This document shows positions 41,376 to 51,658 of a stretch of 64,000 bases of DNA, piece after piece. Source of the DNA: an uncultured delta proteobacterium (GTDB taxonomy: Bacteria; Desulfobacterota; RBG-13-43-22); the NCBI GenBank assembly GCA_963711835.1, contig CAVQFQ010000017.1, positions 608,001 to 672,000 of the forward strand, read 5' to 3'. The notes beneath the pieces are model-generated. The model was given only the letters and a program-made list of their open reading frames with translations. It was not told the origin of the DNA and ran no database searches. The position numbers were made by a program, and so were the translations under genes. Numbering within the stretch: the stretch's first letter is position 1; each line of letters opens with the position of its first letter.

Positions 41376-42392
41376 TCAGACCGTAAAATAGTCCCGGTAC
41401 CAGGCAACGAATTTCTTTATCCCTTCCTCCAAAGACGTGGACGGCTTAAACCCCACGGCCTGCATGAGATCATCCACATCGGCGTACGTGGCGGGTACAT
41501 CCCCCGGCTGCATCGGCAGGAAGTTCTTCTCCGCCTTCCGACCCAGGCAGTCCTCCAGGACTTCGATAAAGCGAAGCAGCTCCACCGGGTTATTATTGCC
41601 GATATTGTACAGGCGGTAGGGAGCAAAACTGCGGCTCGGATCCGGCCGATCTCCATTCCACTCCGCATGGGGTTCGGGGGCCTGCTCAAGGATGCGTACC
41701 ACCCCTTCGATAATATCATCGATGTAAGTAAAATCCCTCTGCATCTTTCCGTAATTAAAAACCGGGATCGATTTCCCTTCCAAAATGGCCTTGGTAAAAA
41801 GGAACAAGGCCATATCCGGTCTGCCCCAGGGGCCGTAAACCGTAAAAAACCGGAGTCCGGTGGAGGGGACTTTATACAAACTGGCATAGGTGTGGGCCAT
41901 GAGTTCGTTGGCTTTTTTGGTGGCCGCATATAAGGAAATCGGGTGATCCACATTATCGTGGACCGAAAAGGGCATCTTGGTATTGGCTCCATAAACCGAG
42001 CTGGAAGAAGCAAAGACCAGATGTTGAATCCGATGATGCCGGCAGCCTTCCAGGATATTTAAAAAGCCGACGATATTGCTTTCCACGTAGGCCTGGGGAT
42101 TTTCAAGGGAATAGCGCACCCCGGCCTGAGCAGCCAGGTTTACCACCCGATCAAAACCCTGCTCTGAGAAGAGGCCGGCCATCCGCTCCTGATCGGCCAG
42201 GTCTATCTTCCGAAAATCAAAATTTTTCCATCCCTCCAGTTTGCGCAGCCGGTTTTCCTTGAGACGGACATCATAATACGGGTTCAGATTGTCGAGGCCG
42301 ACTACCTGATCGCCCTTCTCCAGTAGGCGCCGGCAGAGATGAAATCCGATGAAGCCGGCTGCCCCAGTAACCAGGATTTTCTTGTTGCTCAT
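41376..42392 (-). CDS. UDP-glucuronate 4-epimerase (NAD-dependent)
   Basis: [36 protein letters not shown]. Confidence 0.92.
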   Translation of the reverse strand: MSNKKILVTGAAGFIGFHLCRRLLEKGDQVVGLDNLNPYYDVRLKENRLRKLEGWKNFDFRKIDLADQERMAGLFSEQGFDRVVNLAAQAGVRYSLENPQAYVESNIVGFLNILEGCRHHRIQHLVFASSSSVYGANTKMPFSVHDNVDHPISLYAATKKANELMAHTYASLYKVPSTGLRFFTVYGPWGRPDMALFLFTKAILEGKSIPVFNYGKMQRDFTYIDDIIEGVVRILEQAPEPHAEWNGDRPDPSRSFAPYRLYNIGNNNPVELLRFIEVLEDCLGRKAEKNFLPMQPGDVPATYADVDDLMQAVGFKPSTSLEEGIKKFVAWYRDYFTV

Positions 42393-42508
42393 AAGCGGTC
42401 CTTTCCCCTTTTTCCCTTTCTCCATACCATTTTTTGCTTCAACAAATCAACCCCTTCCTGGCCTTGCCCTGATCCCCGGTTTATGGTAAAGTAAGCCCCG
42501 GATTTTTT

Positions 42509-42815
42509 GGTAACGTTCAGAAGTTGATGCATTATATTTCTGATACTCGATGGAAAGGGATCGGGGGTATCGATTTCAAGGATTGTCCGAAAGGTAATCC
42601 GCAGCCCCAACCCGGCCCGAATTTCTAAGTTGGTTGGGAGCCGGGCCTTCACCCCAGACGATAAATCGCCTTGGTGTTGGCCTGCTTCTAAACCCACTTA
42701 TAACTTCCTGCCCGGGGTCAGGCTGCCGGCGTTTCGGCGGACAACCTTGAAATCGAAACCCCCGGTCCCCAAGTCAGGCAATAATACGCCAGTGCCATAA
42801 CTTTTGAACGTTACC
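42509..42815. mobile_element. Nested inverted-repeat element, copy C
   Basis: Outer IR GGTAACGTTCAGAAGTT/AACTTTTGAACGTTACC; inner IR 42557-42770. Confidence 0.85.
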
Positions 42816-42922
42816 GATTTTTTGAATACCGATTACAGCTCCGGGCCTGAACCCAACAGAGCTGGAAATCACGCCCCAGGCCTCCGGAGGAGAACCAATC
42901 TCAAAAGGACACAAAACGGGTC

Positions 42923-43495
42923 GTGGATTTTAAATTCATAAAGCTCCTTTATCTATTCCAACAATACGGCTACCTGATTATCTTTACCGGGACCTTTTTT
43001 GAAGGGGAAACCACCCTGGTTCTCGGGGGTCTCTTGTCCCATCAGGGTTTTTTAAATTTTTGGCTGGTAGTGGGTACGGCCTGCTTTGCCTCGTACTTGG
43101 GCCATGTGGTCTTCTATTTCCTGGGTAAAACCTCCTCGGCCTGGATCCTGGTCAAGTTTCCCAAACTGCAGGTCAAAATTTATCAGGCCGAATATATCAT
43201 CCGCCGTTATGAAACCCTGAGTCTGTTTATCACCCAGTATATCTTTGGAATACGCCTGGCCAGCGCCCTGGCTTTTGGTATTCTCGGGATGAGGATGACC
43301 AAGTTCCTGTCGCTCCAATTGATCAGTTGCCTGGTTTGGGCCCTCTTTTTTGGGGCCCTCGGGTATACCGTAGGGGAGTCCTGCCCGGATATCGTTCGAC
43401 ATATCGAGCTGGTGATTTTAATCATCCTGATCTCGGGTTTTGTTCTGGCCCTTTTTGGACGGAGGTTGATCGACTACTGGTTCCGCTCCCGTTAG
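42923..43495 (+). CDS. DedA family membrane protein
   Basis: YGYLIIFTGTFFEGET, QYIFGIR; hydrophobic. Confidence 0.85.
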   Translation: MDFKFIKLLYLFQQYGYLIIFTGTFFEGETTLVLGGLLSHQGFLNFWLVVGTACFASYLGHVVFYFLGKTSSAWILVKFPKLQVKIYQAEYIIRRYETLSLFITQYIFGIRLASALAFGILGMRMTKFLSLQLISCLVWALFFGALGYTVGESCPDIVRHIELVILIILISGFVLALFGRRLIDYWFRSR

Positions 43496-43577
43496 AAAGC
43501 CTCCCTGGTTTTTCCGGCCGGCCTGTGATATTATTAACCGTATTGGAAATAAATTATTCGAAGTAAGGAATGACGCC

Positions 43578-45422
43578 ATGGCCTTAGAAAAAAAGACCCA
43601 CTTCTCCATCTGGTATTTCCTCGGCGCCATGATCATATTGATGGCTTTTCAAAGTTACTTCCTCAGCGAGCAGGTCGGCCAAATCCCCTATAACGAGTTT
43701 AAGAAACTGGTCAAGGCCAATAAGTTATCAGATATCACCCTGCATGAGGATATCATCTCCGGAAAGGTCAAGGTAGACGATATCGAGGGGCTGGTTTCCG
43801 CGGAAACCATCAAACAGTTGGGAAAGGATAAAGGGGAAAGGACCTTTATTACCGCTCGGGTTCAAGATCCTGATCTGGTCAAGGATCTGGAAGCAGGCGG
43901 GGTCAAATTTACCGGAAAATTTGAAAACAAGGTTGTTAAGTTTTTTACCAACTGGATCCTGCCCATGCTCTTTTTCATCCTGGTTTGGGGTTTCCTGATG
44001 CGCCGGATGGGAGGCGCCAGCGGCGGGCTGATGTCCATCGGCAAAAGCAAAGCCAAGGTTTACATGGAAAAGGACATCTCCATTAAATTTGACGACGTGG
44101 CCGGTATTGACGAGGCCAAAGAAGAATTACAAGAGGTCATTGAATTCTTGCGAAACCCCCAGAAGTTTCAACGCCTGGGGGGAAAAATTCCCAAAGGCGT
44201 CCTCCTGGTGGGCGCTCCCGGAACCGGCAAGACCCTGCTGGCCAAGGCCGTGGCCGGGGAAGCGGCCGTTCCCTTTTTCAGTATGAGCGGTTCTGATTTC
44301 GTAGAAATGTTTGTGGGGGTCGGTGCGGCCCGGGTTCGGGATCTCTTCACCCAGGCCCAGCAGAAGGCCCCCTGCATCATTTTTATCGATGAGCTGGATG
44401 CCCTGGGCAAGGCCCGGGGCATCAACCCGATGGGGGGACACGATGAACGGGAACAGACCCTTAACCAGCTCCTGGTCGAAATGGACGGCTTCAATACCGA
44501 CAAGGGAGTCATCATCATGGCGGCCACCAATCGTCCCGAGATACTCGATCCGGCCTTGCTCCGCCCCGGCCGCTTTGATCGCCACGTTATGATCGACAAG
44601 CCCGACGTCAAAGGCCGGGAGGAAATCCTCCGGGTCCATACCAAAGGGGTTATCCTAGCCCCCGCTGTGGAGTTGAAAGTCATTGCCGCCCGCACCCCCG
44701 GTTTTGCAGGAGCCGATCTGGCCAATATCGTCAATGAAGCGGCCCTGCTGGCGGCCCGGAAGGACAAAAAGGCAGTGGAGATGCAGGATTTTGAGGAGGC
44801 TATTGATCGGGTGGTGGCCGGGCTTGAAAAGAAGAACCGGCGGATGAATGAGAAGGAAAAAGAGATCGTGGCCTATCACGAAGCAGGACATGCCATTGTG
44901 GCCGAGGTACTTCCGAATGCCGACCCGGTCCATAAGGTTTCCATCATCCCCCGGGGGATCGGCGCCCTGGGCTATACCCAGCAGCTTCCCACGGAGGATC
45001 GCTACCTGATGACCAAACAGGAGTTGTTGGATCGGATGAGCGTCCTTCTGGGGGGGAGAATCGCCGAAGCCCTTGTTTTTCAGGAAGTCTCCACCGGCGC
45101 CCAGAATGATCTCCTGCGCTCGACCGATATTGCCGAACGCATGGTTCGGGAGTACGGGATGAGTGATCTGGGTCTGGTCACCTTCGAAAGGGAACGGCGC
45201 CCCCTGTTTCTGGAAACCGGCTTGGGTTATGATACCGGACGAGCCGTCAGCCAGGAAACCTCCCGGGCCATTGATCAGGAGGTAAAAAAGATCGTGGAAC
45301 AGGCCCAGGAACGAGCCACCCAGATCCTAACAACCCACCGGGACCAACTGCAGATCCTGGCCCAGCGCCTTCTTGAAAAAGAGGTAGTGGAAGGCGATGA
45401 ACTGAGAGAGCTCCTTAAGTAA
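43578..45422 (+). CDS. ftsH: ATP-dependent zinc metalloprotease FtsH
   Basis: Two TM segments, [23 protein letters not shown]. Confidence 0.96.
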   Translation: MALEKKTHFSIWYFLGAMIILMAFQSYFLSEQVGQIPYNEFKKLVKANKLSDITLHEDIISGKVKVDDIEGLVSAETIKQLGKDKGERTFITARVQDPDLVKDLEAGGVKFTGKFENKVVKFFTNWILPMLFFILVWGFLMRRMGGASGGLMSIGKSKAKVYMEKDISIKFDDVAGIDEAKEELQEVIEFLRNPQKFQRLGGKIPKGVLLVGAPGTGKTLLAKAVAGEAAVPFFSMSGSDFVEMFVGVGAARVRDLFTQAQQKAPCIIFIDELDALGKARGINPMGGHDEREQTLNQLLVEMDGFNTDKGVIIMAATNRPEILDPALLRPGRFDRHVMIDKPDVKGREEILRVHTKGVILAPAVELKVIAARTPGFAGADLANIVNEAALLAARKDKKAVEMQDFEEAIDRVVAGLEKKNRRMNEKEKEIVAYHEAGHAIVAEVLPNADPVHKVSIIPRGIGALGYTQQLPTEDRYLMTKQELLDRMSVLLGGRIAEALVFQEVSTGAQNDLLRSTDIAERMVREYGMSDLGLVTFERERRPLFLETGLGYDTGRAVSQETSRAIDQEVKKIVEQAQERATQILTTHRDQLQILAQRLLEKEVVEGDELRELLK

Positions 45423-45448
45423 AGCACCCCGGCGGGCACCCTCTAACC

Positions 45449-46540
45449 ATGAAGCTCTCAAAAGATCACCCTCTTTATGCACTTTGGACCCAGTACAAAT
45501 TTGTGCCCCTGTACTGGAAGATCCTGCCGATCTTCCTTTTGCTGGCGGGCCTCTTTGTCGCCGATCAAGGCTGGCTCCCCTGGCCTCTCCCCTCGGACAT
45601 CCTCCACCGACTCTATTTCCTCCCCATTATCCTGAGTGGCCTTCTTTTCGGCTTTCAAGGCGGGTTGACTTCGGCCGTGATTGTCACCCTCCTGTTTGTC
45701 CCTCACTGGATAGGGCTGTTTAGTGCGGCCCCCAGCCATCGCGGCTTTTTTGAAGAGATCATTCTTTTCTATGCCTTTGGTATCCTGATTGGCCTGCTGG
45801 TGGATCGGGAGCGCATGGAAAGCCGGCTCAGGCAGGACCAGGAACATCTGGCCATCATCGGGGAGGCCGCCGCCACCGTGGCCCACGAATTAAAAAACCC
45901 GGTAATTACCATAGGGGCTTACATCCGGAAGATGCAGCAAAAGATCCGTTTTGATGATCCGAACCGGGAACGCCTGGAAGTCATCTATCAGGAGTGCCGG
46001 CGCCTCGAGCTTCTGCTCAGGGACATGATGCATTTTTCACGGCCCATCAATCTTCATTTTATCCCCCTGGATGTAAATCACCTGGTCAAAGAAGTGATTG
46101 ATGTTATCCAGCCCCAGGCGGAAACGAATCAGATCCTCCTGAGTTCCAACCTGGATGGAAATCTTCCTCCGGTTTTGGCCGACCAGTCCCGCTTGACCCA
46201 GGTATTGCACAACCTTATTTTAAACGCCATCCAGGCCTCGCCGCCCGAACAAATGGTCCTGGTGCAAACTTCAAAGCAAAGGAGTCAGGTGCTGATCGAG
46301 GTTACGGATGAAGGGTGCGGCATCCAGCCCGATTTCCAGGAAAAGGTTTTCGCTCCTTTTTTCTCCACCAAGCGCGAGGGTACGGGAATGGGGCTGGCCG
46401 TCTCCAAGAGAATTGTAGAATTGCATCAGGGAAAACTGGTCTTCCGGCCCAATCAACCCATCGGGACGACCTTCCTGGTTTATCTGCCGATCGGCAAAAA
46501 GACCGCTGCACCTTCCCCAACGAAAGAAAAGGAAAGTTGA
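45449..46540 (+). CDS. Membrane sensor histidine kinase
   Basis: AHELKNP H-box, NLILNA, DEGCG, GTGMGL; no response regulator adjacent. Confidence 0.92.
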   Translation: MKLSKDHPLYALWTQYKFVPLYWKILPIFLLLAGLFVADQGWLPWPLPSDILHRLYFLPIILSGLLFGFQGGLTSAVIVTLLFVPHWIGLFSAAPSHRGFFEEIILFYAFGILIGLLVDRERMESRLRQDQEHLAIIGEAAATVAHELKNPVITIGAYIRKMQQKIRFDDPNRERLEVIYQECRRLELLLRDMMHFSRPINLHFIPLDVNHLVKEVIDVIQPQAETNQILLSSNLDGNLPPVLADQSRLTQVLHNLILNAIQASPPEQMVLVQTSKQRSQVLIEVTDEGCGIQPDFQEKVFAPFFSTKREGTGMGLAVSKRIVELHQGKLVFRPNQPIGTTFLVYLPIGKKTAAPSPTKEKES

Positions 46541-47746
46541 TGAAACGAATAGTGATAGTCATTGGCGTGATTATTTTATTAGGCGGAGTGGCCGCCGGGG
46601 GCTATTGGTACATAGGCAGCCGGAACCCGAAGGTTCAGTATAAGACGGAACCGGTACAGCGGGGGGCGATTACCGCCCAGGTGATTGCCACCGGGACCGT
46701 CAATCCGGTGACCCTGGTCCAGGTCGGGAGCCAGGTTTCGGGGACTATTATAAAGCTGACGGCCGATTTTAACTCTCTGGTGCGCCAGGGACAGCCGATC
46801 GCCCGGATCGACCCGGCCCTTTTCCAGGCCAAGGTGGATCAGACCGAAGCCGATCTGAAAGAATGCCCGGACCGGTCTGGAGCGGGAGAAGACCAGCTTG
46901 CAGGACAACCTGCGCACCTTGAACCGCTATCGGAGCCTTTATCAGGACCAACTGGTTTCCCAGTTTGATCTGGATCAGGCCCAGACCAAATATGAGTTAT
47001 CCCAGGCGGCCGTGAAGGCCGCCCAGGCCCAGATTGAGACCGCCCAGGCCAACCTGGCTTCGGCCCGGACCAATTTAAATTACGCCACCATCCGCTCCCC
47101 GGTCACCGGCATTGTGGTGGCCCGGAACGTGGACGTGGGCCAGACCGTGGCCGCCAGCCTGCAGGCCCCGACCCTGTTTGTCATAGCCCAGGACCTGAAG
47201 GATATGGAAGTGCACACCAATCTGGATGAAGCCGATATCGGGCGGGTGAAAACAGGGCAGGAGGCCTCTTTTACCGTGGACGCCTTCCCGGCAGAACCCT
47301 TTAAGGCCCAGGTGGTCCAGATCCGGAATGCCGCCACCACCCTCCAGAATGTAGTCACCTATGATGTGGTTTTGCGGGTCAAGAACCCGGAACTGAAGCT
47401 GAAACCGGGCATGACGGCCAATGTGGCCATCATTATCGAAGAGAAGGAAGACGTGCTGAAGGTCTCCAATGCCGCCCTGCGTTTCAAGCCGGCCCGCCGG
47501 GAGACCGGGGCGGCCGAGCCCAAGAAACAGAAGAAGGGTCCCCTGGTCTGGATGGTAGGTCCGGAGAACAAACCGGTCCCGATTTCGGTAAGGCCGGGCC
47601 TGACCGACGGGCAATTCACCGAGATCCTCGGCAGCCGGTTGAAGGAAGGCGATCTGGTCATCAGTGAACTCCGGCAAAAGAAAGAGGATAAAAACAAAAA
47701 TTCTCAAGGCCAATCGTCGGGAGCCTCGAGGGGCATGCGTTTTTAA
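46540..47746 (+). CDS. MacA-like periplasmic adaptor, frameshift near 46860
   Basis: ATGTVNPV...VGSQVSG, then IRSPVTG...GQTVAASLQAPTLF and LKPGMTA in the second frame. Confidence 0.88.
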
Positions 47747-47774
47747 GGGCCGGGAAGAGGTGGAAGAAAAACCG

Positions 47775-48518
47775 ATGGCCCCTTTAATCGAAGTTAGAGA
47801 TCTGACCAAGATTTATCAGGTCGGTGATATTGAGATCCCGGCCTTAAGCCAGGTGACTCTTTCCATTGCGGCCGGGGAGTTTGTGTCGATCATGGGCTCC
47901 TCCGGATCCGGGAAATCGACCTTTATGAACATCCTGGGCTGTCTGGATGTACCCAGCGGGGGTTCCTATTACTTAGACGGGATCGAGATCGGGTCTTTGA
48001 GCCAGGATCAATTGGCCCATCTCCGGAATCGGAAGATCGGCTTTGTCTTCCAGGGTTTCAATCTTCTGTCCCGGACCTCGGCCCTGGAGAATGTGGAGCT
48101 TCCCTTGATCTACGGCGCCCTGCCTTTTCGGGAACGCCACCAGAGGGCCCGGGAAGCCCTGGCCTCGGTGGGTCTGGCCGGGCGTGAGGAGCATCATTCC
48201 AACCAGCTCTCCGGAGGGCAGCAGCAGCGGGTGGCTATTGCCCGGGCCCTGGTCAACAAGCCCTCGATTATCCTGGCCGACGAACCCACCGGGAATCTGG
48301 ACACGAAAACCAGCCTGGAGATCATGCAGCTCCTGACCCAGCTCAATGAAGAACAGCAGATGACCATCATCCTGGTGACCCATGAAGCGGATATCTCCCG
48401 TTTTACCCGGAGGGTCATCTTATTTAAGGACGGCCAGGTTATCCAAGACGGCCTTTCGGAACCAGCCCGGATCAGCGAACCCGCCTGCCTTTCGCAGATG
48501 GAGGAAGGGCCGAGATGA
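47775..48518 (+). CDS. MacB/LolD-like ABC ATPase
   Basis: [26 protein letters not shown]. Confidence 0.93.
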   Translation: MAPLIEVRDLTKIYQVGDIEIPALSQVTLSIAAGEFVSIMGSSGSGKSTFMNILGCLDVPSGGSYYLDGIEIGSLSQDQLAHLRNRKIGFVFQGFNLLSRTSALENVELPLIYGALPFRERHQRAREALASVGLAGREEHHSNQLSGGQQQRVAIARALVNKPSIILADEPTGNLDTKTSLEIMQLLTQLNEEQQMTIILVTHEADISRFTRRVILFKDGQVIQDGLSEPARISEPACLSQMEEGPR

Positions 48519-49741
48519 GACCTCTTTCCAGTTTAAAGGTTGCCTTAAGGGCCTTACGAATCAACAAGATGCGCTCTTTCCTGACCATGCTGGGGATCAT
48601 TATCGGGGTCGGGGCGGTGATCGTCATGGTGGCCATCGGTTCGGGGGCCCGGGAGATGATCTCCCAGCAGATTGCCAGCATGGGCTCCAACCTGATCATG
48701 GTGGTTCCGGGGGCCACCACGGCCGGGGGTGCCCGGATGGGCCTGGGCAGTGTTTCCACCTTGACCTCGGACGACGCCAAGGCCATCAAGGATGAATGTC
48801 CGGCGGTGAAGGAGGTGGCCCCCACCTGGGGAGGAGTGACCCAGGTGGTCTACGGAAATCAGAATTGGAATACCAGCGTCACCGGCACCACCCCCTCATT
48901 CTTTGACATCCGGGATTGGCCCCTGGGCTCGGGCCGCAATTTTATTGAGCCGGAGATCAGCGGAGCGGTTAAGGTGGCCGTCCTGGGCCAATCGGTGGTG
49001 GACAACTTGTTCGGTACGGAAAATCCCCTGGGCCAGATCATCCGCATCAAGAAGGTGCCCTTCAGCGTGGTCGGGGTGCTGGCTAAGAAAGGGCCTTCGC
49101 CCCGGGGCGATGATCAGGATGATGTGGTCTACATCCCCCTGACTACTTCCCAAAAAAAGGTCTTCGGCAGCAGCCTGCCGAAAACGGTCCGGATTATCCT
49201 GGTCCAGGCCCAGGCCTTAGAACTCATGGCCGAGGCCGAAAGCCAGGTCAACGATTTGCTGAAGCAACGGCATCGGACCCAAGGGGGGCAATTGCCGGAT
49301 TTTACGGTTCGGAATTTGACCGAGCTCATGGCCGCGGCCGAAGAGTCGGCCCGGATCATGTCCCTGCTGCTGGGCTCCATCGCCCTGGTCTCCCTGCTGG
49401 TGGGCGGGATCGGCATCATGAATATCATGCTGGTCTCGGTTACGGAACGGACCCGGGAGATCGGCATCCGCATGGCCGTGGGGGCCCGGGGGACCGATAT
49501 CCTTTTTCAGTTTCTGACCGAATCGATAGTCCTGAGCATGGTGGGCGGGCTGATCGGAGTGGTCCTGGGGGTTATCGGAGCCAAAGTGATGGCCTCCTTC
49601 TCCGGCTGGAATGTCCTGATCTCGTACGGGGCCCTGCTGCTGTCCTTTTCCTTCGCCGCCGCCGTGGGCATCTTCTTCGGCTTCTATCCGGCCCATAAGG
49701 CCTCCCGCCTTAACCCCATCGATGCCCTGCATTATGAATAA
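48515..49741 (+). CDS. MacB/FtsX-like ABC permease
   Basis: RSFLTMLGIIIG, VTERTREIGIRMAVGA. Confidence 0.93.
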   Translation: MRPLSSLKVALRALRINKMRSFLTMLGIIIGVGAVIVMVAIGSGAREMISQQIASMGSNLIMVVPGATTAGGARMGLGSVSTLTSDDAKAIKDECPAVKEVAPTWGGVTQVVYGNQNWNTSVTGTTPSFFDIRDWPLGSGRNFIEPEISGAVKVAVLGQSVVDNLFGTENPLGQIIRIKKVPFSVVGVLAKKGPSPRGDDQDDVVYIPLTTSQKKVFGSSLPKTVRIILVQAQALELMAEAESQVNDLLKQRHRTQGGQLPDFTVRNLTELMAAAEESARIMSLLLGSIALVSLLVGGIGIMNIMLVSVTERTREIGIRMAVGARGTDILFQFLTESIVLSMVGGLIGVVLGVIGAKVMASFSGWNVLISYGALLLSFSFAAAVGIFFGFYPAHKASRLNPIDALHYE

Positions 49742-49834
49742 ACCTCATTTGCGCTAAGAAAGCCAAGGGGACAAACGAGAATTTATAACCCGGCCTCCTT
49801 TGCGCCATTGCGCTGAATCTATTTTTGGTTCAGA

Positions 49835-50002
49835 TCAGCCGCGCTTCCGGATATATTCCGACAGGTAACTCATGCCCACAAAAAAGACGGCCAAGCCGAT
49901 AATCCAGGAGTAAGAGGTTCGTTGAAAAAATAGGCGACTCATAATAATGGCCAAGCCCAGACTTAAAGCGGCCCGGATCAAAAATTTTATCGCAGGGGAC
50001 AT
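49835..50002 (-). CDS. 55-aa two-TM membrane protein
   Basis: Manual translation MSPAIKFLIRAALSLGLAIIMSRLFFQRTSYSWIIGLAVFFVGMSYLSEYIRKRG with AAGGAG RBS; below the ORF-track cutoff. Confidence 0.65.
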   Translation of the reverse strand: MSPAIKFLIRAALSLGLAIIMSRLFFQRTSYSWIIGLAVFFVGMSYLSEYIRKRG

Positions 50003-50082
50003 GGGTTAACTCCTTCTATCCGTAACAGAACAGATTCTTGAAAAATACCTTCCGAGAATTTACCTCTAACTTTCCAATATCA

Positions 50083-50265
50083 GGTGTTGGGGGTCTTATT
50101 TTTTTCACGTTGTCCAAAGGGTGACTAAGAGCCCCGAATAGATAAATTCATTTGAGAGCAGGGCCTTCACCCCAGCCTATTCCCAGGTTGGGTGTAGGCC
50201 TGTCCCGCCTGGCGGGACTTATGGCTTGGTGGTGGACAACTCAAAAAAATAAGACCCCCAACACC
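50083..50265. mobile_element. Nested inverted-repeat element, divergent copy E
   Basis: IR GGTGTTGGGGGTCTTATTTTTTT..GTTGTCCA / TGGACAAC.CAAAAAAATAAGACCCCCAACACC around the shared GGCCTTCACC...GGTGTAGGCC hairpin. Confidence 0.75.
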
Positions 50266-50291
50266 ATTTATTCAAGACTTGGGAAAAAAAT

Positions 50292-51494
50292 TCAAATCTC
50301 TTTGGTCAGTTTCTTCCGCAGCCAGTCCAGGGCCATGACCGCCACCCGATCGGGCAGGGTATCGGAGAAGCCGCCAATTTTATGAGAATAGCTTTCTTCC
50401 TTTGTTCCGGTCAGGCCCAGGTAAAGCACCTGACGGCCTTCCACTTCTTCCACCAAAACAGCCAATCCCCAGTCGCTTCCGAGAAAAGAGAGGATCTCCC
50501 GGGCCTGATTTAAGGCCTTTTCCTCCCCTGACAACCGGGAGGAATCAAGAGGCCGGTCTCCTTCCTGAGGAATCACCCAGCCTCCTTTAAAAAAACGGGT
50601 CCGCCTGTTCTGAAGGCGCTGGCTGATCCGGCCGGCCGTGAAGGTTTCCACTAATCCCAGATGGATCCCTTTTTGTTCCAACAGTCCGGCTACCACCCCT
50701 TCCAGGGTTTCTTCTCCCTCTCCGAAGATCAATGAACCCAAACGCTGCCGGATCTGTGCTTCCATCCCGGCAATCAGAGACGATGTTTCCTGGGGGTCCT
50801 TCCCCTGGGCCGTCAAGGAGATCCGGATTTCTCCCGGGGATGACAACAGCCCGATAGCCGGGTTTTGGCTGCTCCGAATCAGATCCCCGATCTGCTCATC
50901 GACCCGGCTTTCGCCCAGGCCGCAGAGTTTTAATACCTTGGTTTCAATCAGACCCCTCTTCCGGCCCAGGGCCTTGATCAAAAAGGGTTGAACCGTGTCC
51001 ACAAACATGCGTTTCAATTCCCGGGGGACTCCGGGCAGGGCGGCCATGATAGGCCCCGGTTCGGTTTTCAAAATAAAGCCGGGGGCCGTTCCCTGAAGGT
51101 TGGGAATCGTTCGCGCACCGGCCGGAATGAGGGCCTGTTTCCGATTATTGGGGGCCATCATAAAACCGGCCTGGTCGAAAAAGCTTTTGATGAGGGCAAA
51201 CAATCTGGGGTGAAAGATCAGTTTTTTCCCGGTTACCTCGGAAATCACCTCCCGCGTCAAATCGTCTTCGGTGGGACCGATGCCTCCGCTGGTGATAATA
51301 ATGCCCGAGCGTTTCAGGGCTTGGCGGAAAACGGAGCGCATGCGCTTTCGATCGTCTCCGACCATGGTTTGGAAGATGACCTCGATTCCGATTTCATTCA
51401 ATTTGGAAGCCAAATAGGAGGTGTTGGTATCCACGATCCGGCCCAGCAATAGTTCCGACCCGATGGCGATGATTTCTGCCTGGTTCTCTTTCAT
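50292..51494 (-). CDS. cinA: CinA competence/damage-inducible protein with a divergent PncC domain
   Basis: IGSELLLG, GGIGPTEDD, LPGVPRE; C-domain has VETFTAG instead of AESCTGG. Confidence 0.85.
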   Translation of the reverse strand: MKENQAEIIAIGSELLLGRIVDTNTSYLASKLNEIGIEVIFQTMVGDDRKRMRSVFRQALKRSGIIITSGGIGPTEDDLTREVISEVTGKKLIFHPRLFALIKSFFDQAGFMMAPNNRKQALIPAGARTIPNLQGTAPGFILKTEPGPIMAALPGVPRELKRMFVDTVQPFLIKALGRKRGLIETKVLKLCGLGESRVDEQIGDLIRSSQNPAIGLLSSPGEIRISLTAQGKDPQETSSLIAGMEAQIRQRLGSLIFGEGEETLEGVVAGLLEQKGIHLGLVETFTAGRISQRLQNRRTRFFKGGWVIPQEGDRPLDSSRLSGEEKALNQAREILSFLGSDWGLAVLVEEVEGRQVLYLGLTGTKEESYSHKIGGFSDTLPDRVAVMALDWLRKKLTKEI

Positions 51495-51586
51495 TCTTTT
51501 CTTTCCCTTCCGGTCATTTTCTAACAAACCAAACCGCCATCCTCCAAGATGGGAGAGAGTTTCTCATAAAAACATTTCCCCAACTG

Positions 51587-51623
51587 AAAAAGCCCGGACT
51601 ATGAACCCCTGGCCCGGGCTTTT
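51587..51623. terminator. Intrinsic terminator after gcdA
   Basis: AAAAGCCCGG...CCGGGCTTTT. Confidence 0.65.
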
Positions 51624-51658
51624 CCTTGTTAATCGCTCTTTAAATTGATGACCAACCC

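Noticed and set aside
42389-42697. Short ORFs overlapping repeat copies (42389..42697, 63602..63835, 50152..50385, 23863..24075) as element-encoded proteins
   Set aside because: Frames, starts and strands are not conserved between copies.
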